Shown here: positions 1 through 13,272 of the stretch, piece after piece
How the letters are laid out: each line of letters opens with the position of its first letter
Numbering within the stretch: position 1 is the stretch's first letter
Assembly (NCBI GenBank): GCA_977030845.1
Contig: OZ365114.1
Location: forward strand, 21,328,001-21,392,000
Direction of reading: 5' to 3'
Source of the DNA: Fimbriosthenelais zetlandica
Lineage: Eukaryota
DNA: 64,000 bases
Notes under the pieces: generated by a model
What the model was told of the DNA's origin: nothing
Databases searched by the model: none
What the model saw: the letters and a program-made list of their open reading frames with translations, nothing else
Position numbers and translations under genes: made by a program

Positions 1-1903
1 ATGCAAATCCCTAACCCGCCGTCTTTCAGCGCCTCGAGAAGCAAGTGTTTACTCTTGCTCGGCGGATGAATACATCTGCCTAATGCCTGCTGCCCTAGCA
101 ACCACTGCGCGCCAAAAAGAATGTGCATTAGGCCCCGTTACCACGTTAGGCCCCCCTTGTTCTGACAAGGCGCTTTGCTCATTTACATATTAATAGTTTC
201 AAAAACCTCCCCACTTTGGAAACGTGGCCATTGTTAGTTAAAGGTGCGACAAGAGGGGAAAGATTATCTCCTGGTAAAAGTGCTTACTGTTTCATTGCTT
301 TGGTAATGGTTCAAATCCGAATGGATCATCTCATTGATGTGATTATTTCATTGGAGGAGGAGGGCTTGGGAATTTGGAGAGGGGAGCTACCCCACAAGTG
401 GAGGATCGAGCATACATGTTAAAAGATGAAAAGACCCATGGTAATCTAATGAGGAGCCGCAAAAGATAATAAAAATTCACCTGCTTTATCTCGCTCACGA
501 TCCATGTAGGTGGTCCTCTCGGTTAGTTTTATTTATTTTTTGCCCCAGCTGAACTCTTTCGCCTTCCCTCAATGGACAGCTCTGACAGGTCGAGAGGGAG
601 ATCTCACTTTTCTTTCATAGAAGAGGCTGCTTAAACTTTAAGGAATTCTATGCATGTAATACCACATGAGAATTGGTGGTGGTTTGGGTGTTAGGAGTTC
701 CTTTCTTATGGAGGTCGTGTTTTTCAATTCCAAATTTACAGGAAGACAATCTGAAAGGCGAACTTTCACGTCATGATTGAATACTGGAAGCAAAACGTCT
801 CTTGTTACACTCGTTTTCAGGCTATGTCTATCAAAAAGCATCTGAAAAAAAATCAAGGTGTTTGTGACTTATTCCTGTCATTATCGAGGGATTACTCCCT
901 GATTTAGCTATCAGGGGTTACATAACATGATGAATATTTAGACAGGGTGTGGTATATATTCAAGCCATATCATTAATATAATGACATCAACAATAGGATA
1001 TGCCATGTACAGGACTCTAACAAGATGTAAGATATCATGACTGGTCCTGTCACCTCCAGTAGGAACCTCTATGTTTGTGACCTGCCTTTCTCCTCCAGGG
1101 ACTTCCATTATTATAACACCGACCTTTATTTAATCTCTTTTCCCCACCACCCCTGTCATTGACAGTCATGTGAGGCATACATTTTTTGTTCGCCCTTACT
1201 GGCCACCTTACCCATTGTCAGCTGACCTGTCCGCCTTCCGGTTCCTGCCTGGCACACACTCTTTGCCTCGGAGGCTGGAGTTTTATTCATAAGAAAAGGC
1301 CAGGTTGTCACCTCTTAGCTCTGCTTGCTTCCTTCTCTATTGACCAGTTTCTCTAATAACTGAGGTGTCATTGAGAGAGGGGGGACTCCTTGAGTGGAAT
1401 ACAGGTGTCGCTGATGGCCTGGGGGCATCTTTTTTTCCACGGCCTGGTCACTTGGGGTGCTGGAGGCTGGCTCGGGGGCTCTTTATTAGAGTGAAGGTGG
1501 CTGATTTTTGCACCTTTTTAGGGCAGCATTTTCCTATGACTGTTCAGCATCGATCGATTCAACCACTTCAGCAGTCTATGTCATCTGCTCCCTATCCCCC
1601 TCCTGACCCCCACCCCCCGGCTTACCCCGACCCCCACAGAAGCCACTTTGCCTGCCTTATGATTCTTTCATCAAATGCCTGAGGAGCTTGTGAATGCTCC
1701 CTGGCCCTGGGCGTTTCTAGCCCCTGATCCTCATATTGACCACTTTGTGTCTGAATTCTACACACACAAAAGGCAGTCTTTGCAAACAGTTCACTTCTCA
1801 AGACCAGAGATGAAGGCCCGGTAGAAAGCCCCACCTGATTACAGAGACACCATACCTTGTCATTATTGCTATATAGAGAGGTGAAACTCCCCCATTCAAT
1901 GAC

Positions 1904-2051
1904 CCATTAAAACCAACTGAGAAGAACCGAAATTACTGTTTGCTCGACTATTAGATAGGCTTATTATTGTACCTGCAGGTCAGGCCAGAATTAATTAAAT
2001 TATATTCAACACCTTCAATGGGTACAAACGGTTTTCACTGGGTTTTAATGG
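1904..2051. repeat. Imperfect inverted repeat pair around a ~100-bp spacer (possible MITE relic)
   Basis: Left arm ccattaaaaccaactgagaagaaccg (1904-1929). The reverse complement of the right arm (2029-2051) is ccattaaaacccagtgaaaaccg. The outer 11 bp are identical. No target-site duplication is evident. Confidence 0.55.
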
Positions 2052-2624
2052 AAATTTCTTCCGCGTTTAACAATTGTAATGTTGTCTTGATGTTTTAGAG
2101 CCTGGAGGGGGAAACAGTGGGATTTGCCTCCTATAGAGGTGGTAATTTCTCTATTACTTTTTTTGCCAAAATATATGTCCTCCTATTTCTAAGAAATTCG
2201 TGGCCTATTTGATAACTTGTATTGGCAGGATTCTATTTATAGGATAGAAGATAAAAGGCAGTGTGTTCCTTGTCATAAGGACACCAATGTGATGAGACCT
2301 GCAGCCAATTGTTTGGCCACGTTAATAGGTAGGAAATGTAAAACCCCGGGGGTGTGGCAGCATAAGTCGGCTGTCATGTGTGCCGAGGGAGGGTCGCCAG
2401 GCTTTTACTCCCCCATCTCCTCCTCCCACTTATTAACTACAGCCCTGGTCCTTCTGCCAATTCACACAAGATATCAACAGTGGGAAATGAGCAGGAATTT
2501 AAAATTGTATTAATATGATTTTTTACAAACTTGAAATAAAACCTATAAGTGCGGATCCAGAGTGGATGATGGAACCATGGCATGATCCATATACCCTTGC
2601 CACATCCCCTAACCACCAATCTGT

Positions 2625-2669
2625 CCATCCACCCCACCCCCCCCCCCCCCCCACCCCCCTACCCCTACC
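2625..2669. repeat. C-rich low-complexity tract
   Basis: ccatccaccccacccc...ccacccccctacccctacc, including a long C homopolymer. Confidence 0.9.
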
Positions 2670-4680
2670 TGATGAGATTAAGGATTGGGATCACATGTAT
2701 GCCCACAAAGCCAATTGTGCGGAGGAACAACTAATTTCTCCCACCAACATTAGAGGTCAACACCACAGGGGCAACTTGTGACAACATCACTTCGCACATT
2801 GGTGGTACTTCCATCGCCCTGACAAAGGCCCATGGGGGCACTGTCCTGCCCCCTAGCCCCAAGATCAACACAAAAACTCCCATATCAGTGTTTGTAGACA
2901 ATATTTAACAGAAAATCCTGTCACATGATATTTTTCTTCACTCCCTTGCTCCTCTTGTTTTTGGTCATGTTCTTGTCACTCGGGGGATGAAATTGGCCAA
3001 TTTAGTGAGGATGGGGTTTCCGCATCTATTACCCCCCTATTACATTACACACTGTCAGGGATTTGGGCCATCAAACAATGAATAATAACTGTATTCTTCA
3101 TAACTTAAAACTCGGTTTAGAATCACACTTTACACTTTGATAAGAATAACCATTGTTTTGCGGTTAGTTGATCTAAAACAAGATCTACTGTTATTTCTTT
3201 TCTTCTGCCATGAGAAACATTTCACGCGTGAGGCCCGTGATTCTGAAAGAAGACTCCTGAAGAATCAAATCTTTCTCAACCTGAACTTACATGCATAATA
3301 CATCCACCCAACAGGAGATACACTAACAGATTAAAAGAGAAAGAGGATAAGGCGTGTGGGCTTACGTGTGGGTAAGATCAGATATCCAGCTAACCAGGTG
3401 TAAAGTAGAACTCATTGAACTCTATACCTTGGCCTTTTTCCTTCTTAGATTTGCTTCTGAGTCTTTGCCAGAAGATGAAGCATCTTGGGCTTTGCCTCTG
3501 CCAAAAGCTAGGGCTTCTGTAAGCTCCTGTGGGGAGGGAGTTGTTTTTTGAGTTACCTTGATGACAGGTTTGTTTTTCCTGTGAAGAACTCGTAAGGTAT
3601 AGAGAGCTTAGTTTTCAGACTTTGCTCTCTTCACAGGAAGGGGTTGGCTTTCATTGATGCTCCCAATTGTCAATATCGATCAAATTCACGATATTGGAAA
3701 CCAAATGAATGCTGCGTGTCATATAAACCATCTTCTTTAAAATGCCAACAAATAAGTATATTAAATCTTTCTGCTTGGCTTATAAGATTAGAAAAGGTGG
3801 TAGTTAAACAGGTCGTGGTACTGTTAGATATTTTCTGTCTGTGTGGCCATCAATTAGTCTGCGATCATGGCGGGGTCATTGGTAACGGCAAGAGACCAGA
3901 TGCCGTTGGTAAGTTTTGGCAGAGCTCAGTGCCAAGAAGAGTAACCACAAAAAGGCAGCAGCGATTGTCAGCCTTCTGGATGTTCTCTCTACCCCTGTCA
4001 GCCCACTGCCACATCTGCCTCTCCTGGCATTCTCCCAAGTCCTCCAAACCAGTCCTTTAAGAGGCCAAAACGCTTGCATAGAAAAGCATGGGTGCTGGGA
4101 GAAAAGAATACAGGGTCAGAATAGAGGGTGGAGGCCTGAGCCGTAAAAAACAAAGGTTAGGGTACCCCTACCTACGCCCCATGTTTTCACGAGCCTCCTC
4201 AGAGAGCGTAAAGGTCAAGGGGCGAGAGTTGTTTTTTGAAATGCTGATTGTTTACATTGGGGGCAAGGGCAAGGTTTGCCCCTGCTTCACGAGATGAAGG
4301 GAGTGCATGACTGTTACGGTCAAGTGATTTATACTAATGATTTCTTGCAGACTTTTTGTTGAGCTTCAACGGGTTTTGTAGGGGAAGTACTTGCCCTGAA
4401 CCACCCCCTTCTCCTCCCCCTCTCCCTCCACTTTTGCACCAGTAACGTGTTTCTGTATACAAGTAGTGGCAGTTTGGGGTGTTGCCCTCTGTGAACTAAG
4501 CCAAAGCTTAGATGCACATGAGTTGACTCACATGTTGGTCACATTAATGTAAGCTGTGAATTCTCAACTGGAAATAAGGGTCAGTTCACATGTGCAACAA
4601 ATGTGATTTTATAGCTTCATTTCAAACATTTCCCAACTCAAGATTCATTCACAAGATTCAATCACAAGTTCTTTCTGCAG

Positions 4681-4732
4681 TAAGTTGATCCGAAACCACA
4701 GTACATATGTATGGTAGTTTCGGATCAACTTA
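4681..4732. repeat. 52-bp hairpin with perfect 16-bp arms
   Basis: taagttgatccgaaac (4681-4696) is the exact reverse complement of gtttcggatcaactta (4717-4732). The 20-nt spacer contains the palindrome tacatatgta. Confidence 0.92.
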
Positions 4733-7700
4733 ATTAGAGTGAACAGACTGTAGATAACATAAAGTCAGCCCGTTTCTGGTGCGGTGAATATAGCTTTTGC
4801 TATGGAGATTATGTTGGCACGTGTCTTTCCCTCTTTGTAATGAATCAACATTAGCCATCTCAAGATTCAAAGGCACAATTCACTCCATTCTGCCAACACG
4901 TGCATTATTCCCTCAAATAATACCAAAAGTCACTCCGTATCACGTGAATCTTACCCCAACAATCTCTGGCCTCTTGACAACCCACAGGGGTCAGATTTGT
5001 TCTCCATCTCTGACCTAACTGACCCTTATCCAGTCTGTCCACTGCTGGCCAGTAGCCAGATCGTGTGTGTAAAGTCATTGTTGTAATTAGTGCCGGGGGT
5101 GAGAAGGAGGGCCCTTGTGGTCAAGCCCCTCTACCTGCTCAGTTGAGCTCTCTCTCCTTTGACCTCGGAGTATTTATCAACTTATCTCGAGTTTTCTGAT
5201 TCACTGATTACAACTCCGTGCAGAGGACTCATTAGGTCCTACAAGCAGTAATCAATTGATTTCTTTCTATGGACCAAATAACTGGTCTGAATTTTGCTAT
5301 AAGGCGTAAAACACCCACTTATATATATATATTCTCTGATTGGAGGAGAAAAAATCCACATTATTTAAAAAAGTTCATATTTATATTCCTCCTTGCTGAT
5401 CCATCCTTCGGTAGGCAATTACACCGTGTAATATTGTGTAGATGAAATAGAGTTGAGCCCTGAAGACAGGTTATCTATTATACACCACTGAATCAATGCT
5501 CCTCATAATGGTACATACATTACCTATTTACAAACCTCCTGAATATTACATCTTAGTTGTGCCCCTGGCAATGTTATCCGGTGCATTTCTTTGGACACGA
5601 GCTTTACCATATAAATTATGTCAGCGCTTTCTTCAAGTGCATAAGGTTAAAATAAGGTTGATTTGTATCTCTCATTTATAAAGTACATCTACTTTAAGCA
5701 TATATAATAAGTATTTTTTTGCTTAAGAAATCTGTCATTCTATAACGCAGTAACTGAACAGTTCGCATTTTACGACTGCTGTTCTGTGTTAAAGCTTCAA
5801 GTGGGGTAATGTACTTGAATTTTTTCACAACAACATGAGGTCGATGGGAAGAAAAATCTCCACCGAACAGGGGAATCTTTGGGGTGGCAAGTTCATCTTT
5901 AAGTTAACATTGCTTATCTAACGATACTGTAAAAAGAGCCCAACTGTTTGCCCCTAATTAGAATTGTAGGGTAAGGGTTGGGGTCTTGCTTCCCTTTGTT
6001 CCTGTCCATGCAGGTGGGGAGAATAATTTGATTAGTAAGATGATCGGGTGTAAGATGGGTGTGTGTGAGTTAGTGAGAGGCGTGTGTGGTGTCTGATTTA
6101 ACTGTCTCACAGCCAGGTAGAGGGCTGATGAGGTGTCTCACTGTCTGACCTTACCTCAACACACGTGTAATTAACATGACCTAATCTCACCTCACGACAC
6201 TGCTAAACCAGTCTGTGAGACAATGAGAATGTAATGATAGTTACTTATAGTACTTCGTGATCAGACCCACAAAACATAGTTCGTCCTTGTAGATTGTTAC
6301 TACACTGCTTTACAGTTACTGTAATGACGTTTCAAATGCATATTAGCATTTGGAATTTGAGGACTATTGTGGTTACCCAAAAACCCAACTCCATCCAGGG
6401 ATCTAAGATATCACCACAACATGTGCATGAAAATGCATACAATCCCCTGGAGTCCCCAGGTTGGTCGCTAGCTTAATTCTTAAGCTAAAAAGCCTGACTA
6501 GACCAACATTTCTAATCTTTCTGTCCCCAAGCATGACCCACCTCATCAGAGGTTGTTTCTGTAGGGTGTAGAATGCAGCATGTTATCCTACATTATATAT
6601 AGACACGTGTACCGTCTCCACAACCTATTGTGGTTGTGGTAATAGAGTCCGGTGACAAGGATTTCATTCCACTCTGCCTTATGTTGTTTAGGATAAGAGG
6701 ATTCTGACCCTAGAGACGCCCGAGTCTTGTTACTAGCAATCATGCTCCTCGTGGGAGGATTTACCACCGTGCTTTAGGACTCGGCTTGATTAGGCTATCA
6801 TTGACAGAAATAGGCAAGATTACATGACATCTCTAATCAGTGCCCACACACACATGCCTGTCGTATTATTGCACATTACAGCTGTAACTCCCACTCTCCT
6901 TAACTAGCTCAGGTGGCCATCTCTGGACCTCAGGTCGACCCCCCGATGTTCGCCGAATGTAACCGTGTCAATAACATGTATCTGTGGCTCCAATATTAGG
7001 TATCTTAATTGACAGGTGGTTATATCTGCACCTGTAAAGTTATAGCTTGACCCTAGTTTGTAAAGTTTTGAATTTCAGGGTATCTGGGATAATAAATCAG
7101 AAGGGAATACATCATAATACTGCTGCTTCCCCTCAGAGATGCTCGTGAGTTGTGTAAGGAAATGGGTATTAGATTCTGGTACTTACTTCCATGAAAATTA
7201 TCGATATACATGCAGATTGAAGTATCCTTCATTGCCCCAAGACCTAGGCGTTCTGAAATTTGAAAAATTAATAGAATTATTCATTTATTCACTATTGATA
7301 TACATATTGATCGATTTTACAGTTGGTGACTGGGTACCATTTTGTTGGAAATAACACCCAAAAGCATTTACGAATAGCGGCCATTTGTAAACTGATTAAG
7401 ACCTTGCTGTTGACCAACCACCTCCCATTTCCTCAGGTCATGTGACTAGTTGGCAAGTAGTGCTCCTAGCGACGTCAGCCACAACTAATCTAGTGATTAC
7501 CTTTCCCACCATTCACCTGCCCGCCGTCTCCCCTCACGATGAGATTGCCTTAAGGGAGATCAGGTGCGATTATTTTTAGGTGCCGTAATGCAGGCCATGT
7601 AGAAAAAACAGCCTCCTACATGATGTTTACGACCAGTACATGGGTCATCCACTTAAGGTGCATGTCCACTGAATTTCAACACAAATTTACAAAAATGCTT

Positions 7701-8789
7701 TGAAATACGAAAGATTGATGGAATTGATTTATCCAATTCACTGGTTTGATACATTCTTTCTTCGCTATTGCCATAACTCTTGATCTTCAAGTTTCTTGAG
7801 TTGGGAGTTGGTCATGCTGTTGATGTTCCTCTTTCGCAGTTTTACATGGTTGTTCATTTTTCATTTTCTACTCCTGGCTTTTCCCTGCTCGCTGTATAAG
7901 GAAATTGTTTGCTTTCTGGCTGCCATAGAGCAACTATGGTGAAAGAAATTGATTCTTCTCAGCGCCATATGGAAAGGCAAACATTATAATGAATGCAAGA
8001 GCAGCGGACAGGTAGAATGGTGTTTGAATGGCGTGTCTTGAATGGAATCGAGCTCCGCACGCCTTGTTAATGCTAACGCTGGCCAATGTGTACCAACTAT
8101 AGCAGATAGAAACTTCATGTATACTTATAATGCGACCCATACATGTCCCCATATAGCTGCTACTTTACTTCAAAATAGACTCAATGCTACTGAGAGACCT
8201 AAGCTCATACGACCTTTTAGTAACCCATGCATCGAATGTCCTTGCCATTGTATAGGACCATGTATACTATATGTCTGAGTCTATTGCAAAAAAGTGCATT
8301 ATATACGCATTTTGTATCACTAAGAGCATTTTTCGTCAGTCACAATTATAGAATAAAGGTCTATTGTTAGAAGATATAATCTATATAGACGCACATATAA
8401 TATTATACAAGTTTGATATCAATGATCATCACACGGATTCAATATCGGAGAAAATGGACGCGTATACCCCGTAATTTCGAACATACCCTGATTGTTTTCA
8501 GTTGAACATTTGAGTTTGAGGTGACTTCTTTTGCATTGAATGCTGTAGAACGTCTAAAAATTATTTTCTAATGTCTATCCCGATATTGTGCTTGATGATA
8601 CAGGCGATTCGGGTTCGGATGCGGACGTGGGTGCGGGAATGGAAATTAATGTGCAGGTTTTCATGAATTATTCTGTTTTGATTCCTCTTTAAAAAGGTAC
8701 CAGCTATAAGATAATCCAAGTGAACACGACTAAGGGTTCATTAACTATAGTTTGGGTGTTATAATTATGATATAATTGATATACTCTCT

Positions 8790-9145
8790 CCGTGCAGGGA
8801 GTGGGCGCGCGCGCCTGACGGAGCGCTGCGACGCGCTGATTGAAAACTTAATTGAAATTTCCCACGACCAAAAAAAACTCTGCATCATTTCCTTGGAGGG
8901 ATTATTTTACTATGTCATGTCCTCAAGACTAGCTAGCTTTGATTACATCTAGTGAGCTCCGGGTAGTTCCCTCCACTGGAGTGTTACTAACCTTATTGAG
9001 AAGCGGCTCGGAGTGGGAGAGGAAGGCCGGGCGGCGGGGGGAGGAGGCCGAGCGGCTGTGTTTATCTCACCGGCCTGCCAGCCTCACTTAACCGGTGACA
9101 ATAAGGACGCGGCCGGGCGTCCGTGCGGTGGCGCAGCCCCCGCCC
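8790..9145. promoter_or_regulatory. GC/CpG-rich promoter-like patch
   Basis: gggcgcgcgcgcc, GC-box-like gggcggc and dense CpG against a CpG-poor, AT-rich background. No transcript evidence. Confidence 0.35.
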
Positions 9146-12100
9146 GTTCTACCTACCACTCACCCATCTCTACCCATTACACACCCCGGCCATCACCACA
9201 CAATGCCCTTCTACAGGGCCCTTTCATTTCGCTTTTAATTCACCATGACATTAATGCAAGGCTCTGGAGGGGGTGAAATTAAGTTTGTGTGAGACTTGCT
9301 ATGGTGGCCGCCAGTTTTGTTCCACAGTGTGACTTGTCAGGGAAGGTTTACAAACTCCAGGGTGAAGGAACCCCTGGAGAAGTTCATACAACCTGGAGGA
9401 ACACCAGACGCTGGCGGCGCGCCACGGACAAACTGAAAACTAAAAACAAACTTTGCCTCTCAGCTTCAAGTTTGCTTCATTATGTCTCGGCGATGGGGAA
9501 TGGCTACATTTTAACCTCTTAATTAATGACCTGTTCTTCCCAGTCGTTAGATTGAGTATAAAATAGTTTGTTATGCATGGACTTGTGGAAATATTGTCTC
9601 TCCAGGCTCCTCCTCTCACTGATTGAGGAGCGAGGTGGGAAAAGAAATACACCTCATCATTCCACAAGTGTCGTAATTCCAAGAAGTTTTTTTTATCTCA
9701 AAGATTAGCATCACATTTCTGGATCAGATTTCAAGATTTTTTTTATTTCTCAGACATTCACATCCTCTGACTCATGGTGTGAGATTTAACCTAGAGGTTC
9801 TTATAAAAAGAGAAGGAAATATCCGAGAAAAAGAAACAACCAGTTCATCAGGAATCTGCTATAAGACGTGTAATTTCGTATTTATAGATGACAGTATGAT
9901 ACTCTTGAACAAATTCATAAAAAAAACACGTATACCGCAGACACTGAATTACTTGTGTACTAGCTATATTACTATAGATACCTCCTAGTTTTGAATAGAC
10001 TGAATAAAAAAACAAGGTGCGTTATAATAAATCAACTTTTGGTTGGAATATTTCATATTTTAGATCATTTTGCCACTCGGTCGTAAGGTATTAATGGAAT
10101 TTTCTTTCCACTCTTCTTTCTATACCTCTCTTCCTGCTCTTCCTAGCTAGCTGTTCTTCCCATGTTTGTATCAAAAGAATAAGGAAACATGAAGCAATCC
10201 CCCACTCCCCCATCACCCTCCCCTCTCCATCTAGAGGCGGCAAGGGGAGACTTGATATGGCACAATAGGAATGTTTTCCCATATCAAAGGCCCCCGCATG
10301 GCCATTACAGGCCGTCATAAATCATAACTCCAGATGTGGCCCTGAAGGGAAGGAGCAGGTCGGGAGAAAAGAAATGCTAGCCATAAAAGGCATTATAGGT
10401 GGCAGGAGCAGGCCTGTAATGTAGGCTGTATGCGTGCTGCTCAGGCTGGTCCCCGTCTACAAAGACGGCATGCCAGATACTGATACATGACCAACATTGC
10501 AGGCTTTTAACGCGCCAAGAAAAGAATCTATTTCTGGTTTTACAGACTAGATGTAGGTGAACTTAACTAAGGCATCATGCCTGGCTCAGAGCTCTAATCT
10601 TGAAATGTTTTGACAGAAATATACCCACTAAGATTTGAGATTAAAAAAAAAATGTAATTTATCATATTTAGCCTATTTAGTGATATAGAGAAACAAGTCC
10701 AGGCGGGTCTTTGGGTCACAAAGTGTACTTGTACATGTAGAAACTACACCTGAGTGGTTCATATCAGTCCAACCCCACTATAGCATATCAACAGGGTACA
10801 TAACCACAGGGGGTAACTATACAATATGATGTAACCCCCACAATCAGTGTCAGAAAAGAGTTAGGTCATAATTCTATACTACCTGATGTCAACTGTACTG
10901 ATGAAAATATGGGGTTTCACATCACTTACCTGGTTGGGTTCTATTTAAGGGAATAATCGTTACGCTGCGATAATTATCGCTATCTTTCCCGGGTATAATT
11001 TCTTTTCTCTATAGGCATTATAATTGTGTACATTACCTTAAGTTTTCTTTAGGGATTTGCATCTCTTGCATCTAAGTACTGCTATGGATACATAGCAGTG
11101 TTAAGCACTCAAGTATTTAATGATTTTCTTGACATAGGCACAACACTTATTTAGGACTTTAATAAAACCGACTGAAATTGCGCCCTATATATAATCATCC
11201 GGGTTCAAATCAAAGACCCACATATTTAGGTATGCATATATGAATTAAAGCTGAATATAGACTGTCAACAGTAGATCATGCGATGAACAGGAAAGGGCAT
11301 TATATTAACAAGCTCTTTTCTTAATTGTAATCCGTTAAAGCATTAAATGAGGTGGGTATTCATGATGGGGGAGAGACTCACTTTATGTGTTCACATCCAC
11401 ACGTGTCGTTAGAAATAATCACTGTAGCCTTATCAGTGTGACATAAATAAAGCCCACTAATTATTGCCTACACTTTAAAGCTAGCTAACCATCCACCACC
11501 ACCTCCCAATCATTGCATCACATCACTGGTTTTTTTTCTAAATTCTGATTTCCCAAGCAAATGCTTACCAGGCGTTATAAGTGCAAATGTGGAGCGCTTT
11601 GCCGGCTGATATTTACTAAGCATAACATCTCTATTTCATACCGACTGATGCTTTTGTTCCAAGGCAAATTATAAGCGCCTCAGTCTTTTGTATCAGCTCC
11701 GCCGCTTATTCCAATGTAATATTTTTCTCTCTCGGTTGGCCTACAAAGCGGGCCGGTGTGGAGGTAAGGCCCCATGAAGTGTACCGTCCGTATTAACTGG
11801 TTTTTAAGCTCCCAACCCACGATGATAAATGCATGAAGGCAATGGCGATCGATATTATTCATGTCCCGATTAGTTAAGCTATTTTTATTCAAGCCAAGAA
11901 AATGGCAGTTCCATCTATATAGGGCGACGGGTGGGAATGAACACAATGTGGATGAGAGGAGGGTTAAAAACCTCAACACAACCCCCATCCCCCACCCACC
12001 TATATAGTCCCCCTTCTCGCCAGATTGGTATATTAATTAGAGCTGGCATTTTCTACTAGCAACATTTAGATGCTAATGATTACATTTGTCAAATGAGGAA

Positions 12101-13168
12101 CGCAAAAAAGGAATAGCCTTCCATCAAGATGTTTAATTATTTCACGCTGCTGACTAAAATAGAGACAACATGGCAGGCCGGGAACTAATCTCAAGCATTA
12201 CATTCAACCAAAACAGTTAGGTGATATAATGTTGTCAACAGATTTTGCTCAAGGACATTATTCACATAATATTTAGCACTTTTAATTCCTCCTGCCTAAA
12301 AGTCAACAACTTCATTGACTTCAACGCCATGAAATCACTGTAAATGGTGATAAAATACCCACAGCATTTATGAATGTGTGAATGAATGTAGATACATAGG
12401 CTATAACAGATCGACTAGCAGCTATGTTTATTGTAAAAGAGCAACACCAATATATGAGGCAATTAAAGAGGAGCTGTTCATTTATGAAGCTCGGAGGGAC
12501 AACAGGGCTATCAAACAGATGATGTCTGTCACACCAAAACAATGGAACTAAGCAACTATGAACACTTAATTTAGTAGCATTGCCTGCCATCTCCTAGCTC
12601 TTTATCTTGTACATTAACTATTAACAAGCCCTAAATGGTATTTCCTGGTAGTTTTAATACATAATAGATCGTGGCGCACTTCAGTAATTAATATTTCCAA
12701 AGGGAGCCCATATGTTAGAGGAAATGCCTCATCCCCGACTCCTATACTTGCATGATGGCATCTGTGGCCCTTTCACATATGGCAAGTTTATTTCCCACTC
12801 ATTGCAAACAAAACCAAATTCTGAACTGACATTGATTGGGATACTAAAAAGTATAGGCATAGACCTGCATGGAATATGTTTCCATATTTGGAAATGTTGG
12901 CTCTATGTAGTTACTAAATATTTCAGTTCACGACTTTTCAATTTCCAATTAATTTCACTCTGAAATCTTTCTCTTTCAATATAACTTGATACAAATTATC
13001 AAGGCCATTGTTTCATCTCGATTCTGACCTACATGTGAGAAAGTATCTTAGAGTTGACCTCTTTCCCACGTTTCGCCCAACAGGCCTGCAATCAACACGA
13101 CGTTACGTTGCTAGCCTTGACGACGTGTATCCAGGATGTACTAATCCCCAGTGATCTCTTCCCACGCG

Positions 13169-13272
13169 AGTTTCCCGCGTTGAATTGGTTTTGACTTCAT
13201 TTCCCGCCTTTTTTTTACCCTAAGTTTCCCGCGTTGAATTGTTTTAGCCTTCATTTCCCGCCTTTTTCTACC
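13169..13272 (+). repeat. 54-bp tandem duplication carrying four TTTCCCGC (E2F-type) motifs
   Basis: agtttcccgcgttgaattggttttgacttcatttcccgcc...tacc is repeated at 13169 and 13223 with a few differences. Confidence 0.9.

Noticed and set aside
6125-6160. CTGATGAG with a following stem: hammerhead ribozyme core
   Set aside because: No GAAA after stem II and no stems I/III. Other CTGANGA sites inspected also failed.
10924-10933. ACTTACCTGG matching the U1 snRNA 5' end
   Set aside because: No further U1 sequence or Sm site. It is simply the reverse complement of a consensus donor (CAG|GTAAGT).
10946-10999. Minus-strand IIPGKDSDNYRSVTIIPL resembling the LINE NYRPISL motif; includes the 14-bp palindrome gcgataattatcgc
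   Set aside because: Single isolated motif flanked by stops, with no downstream QxGF or KAFD motifs.
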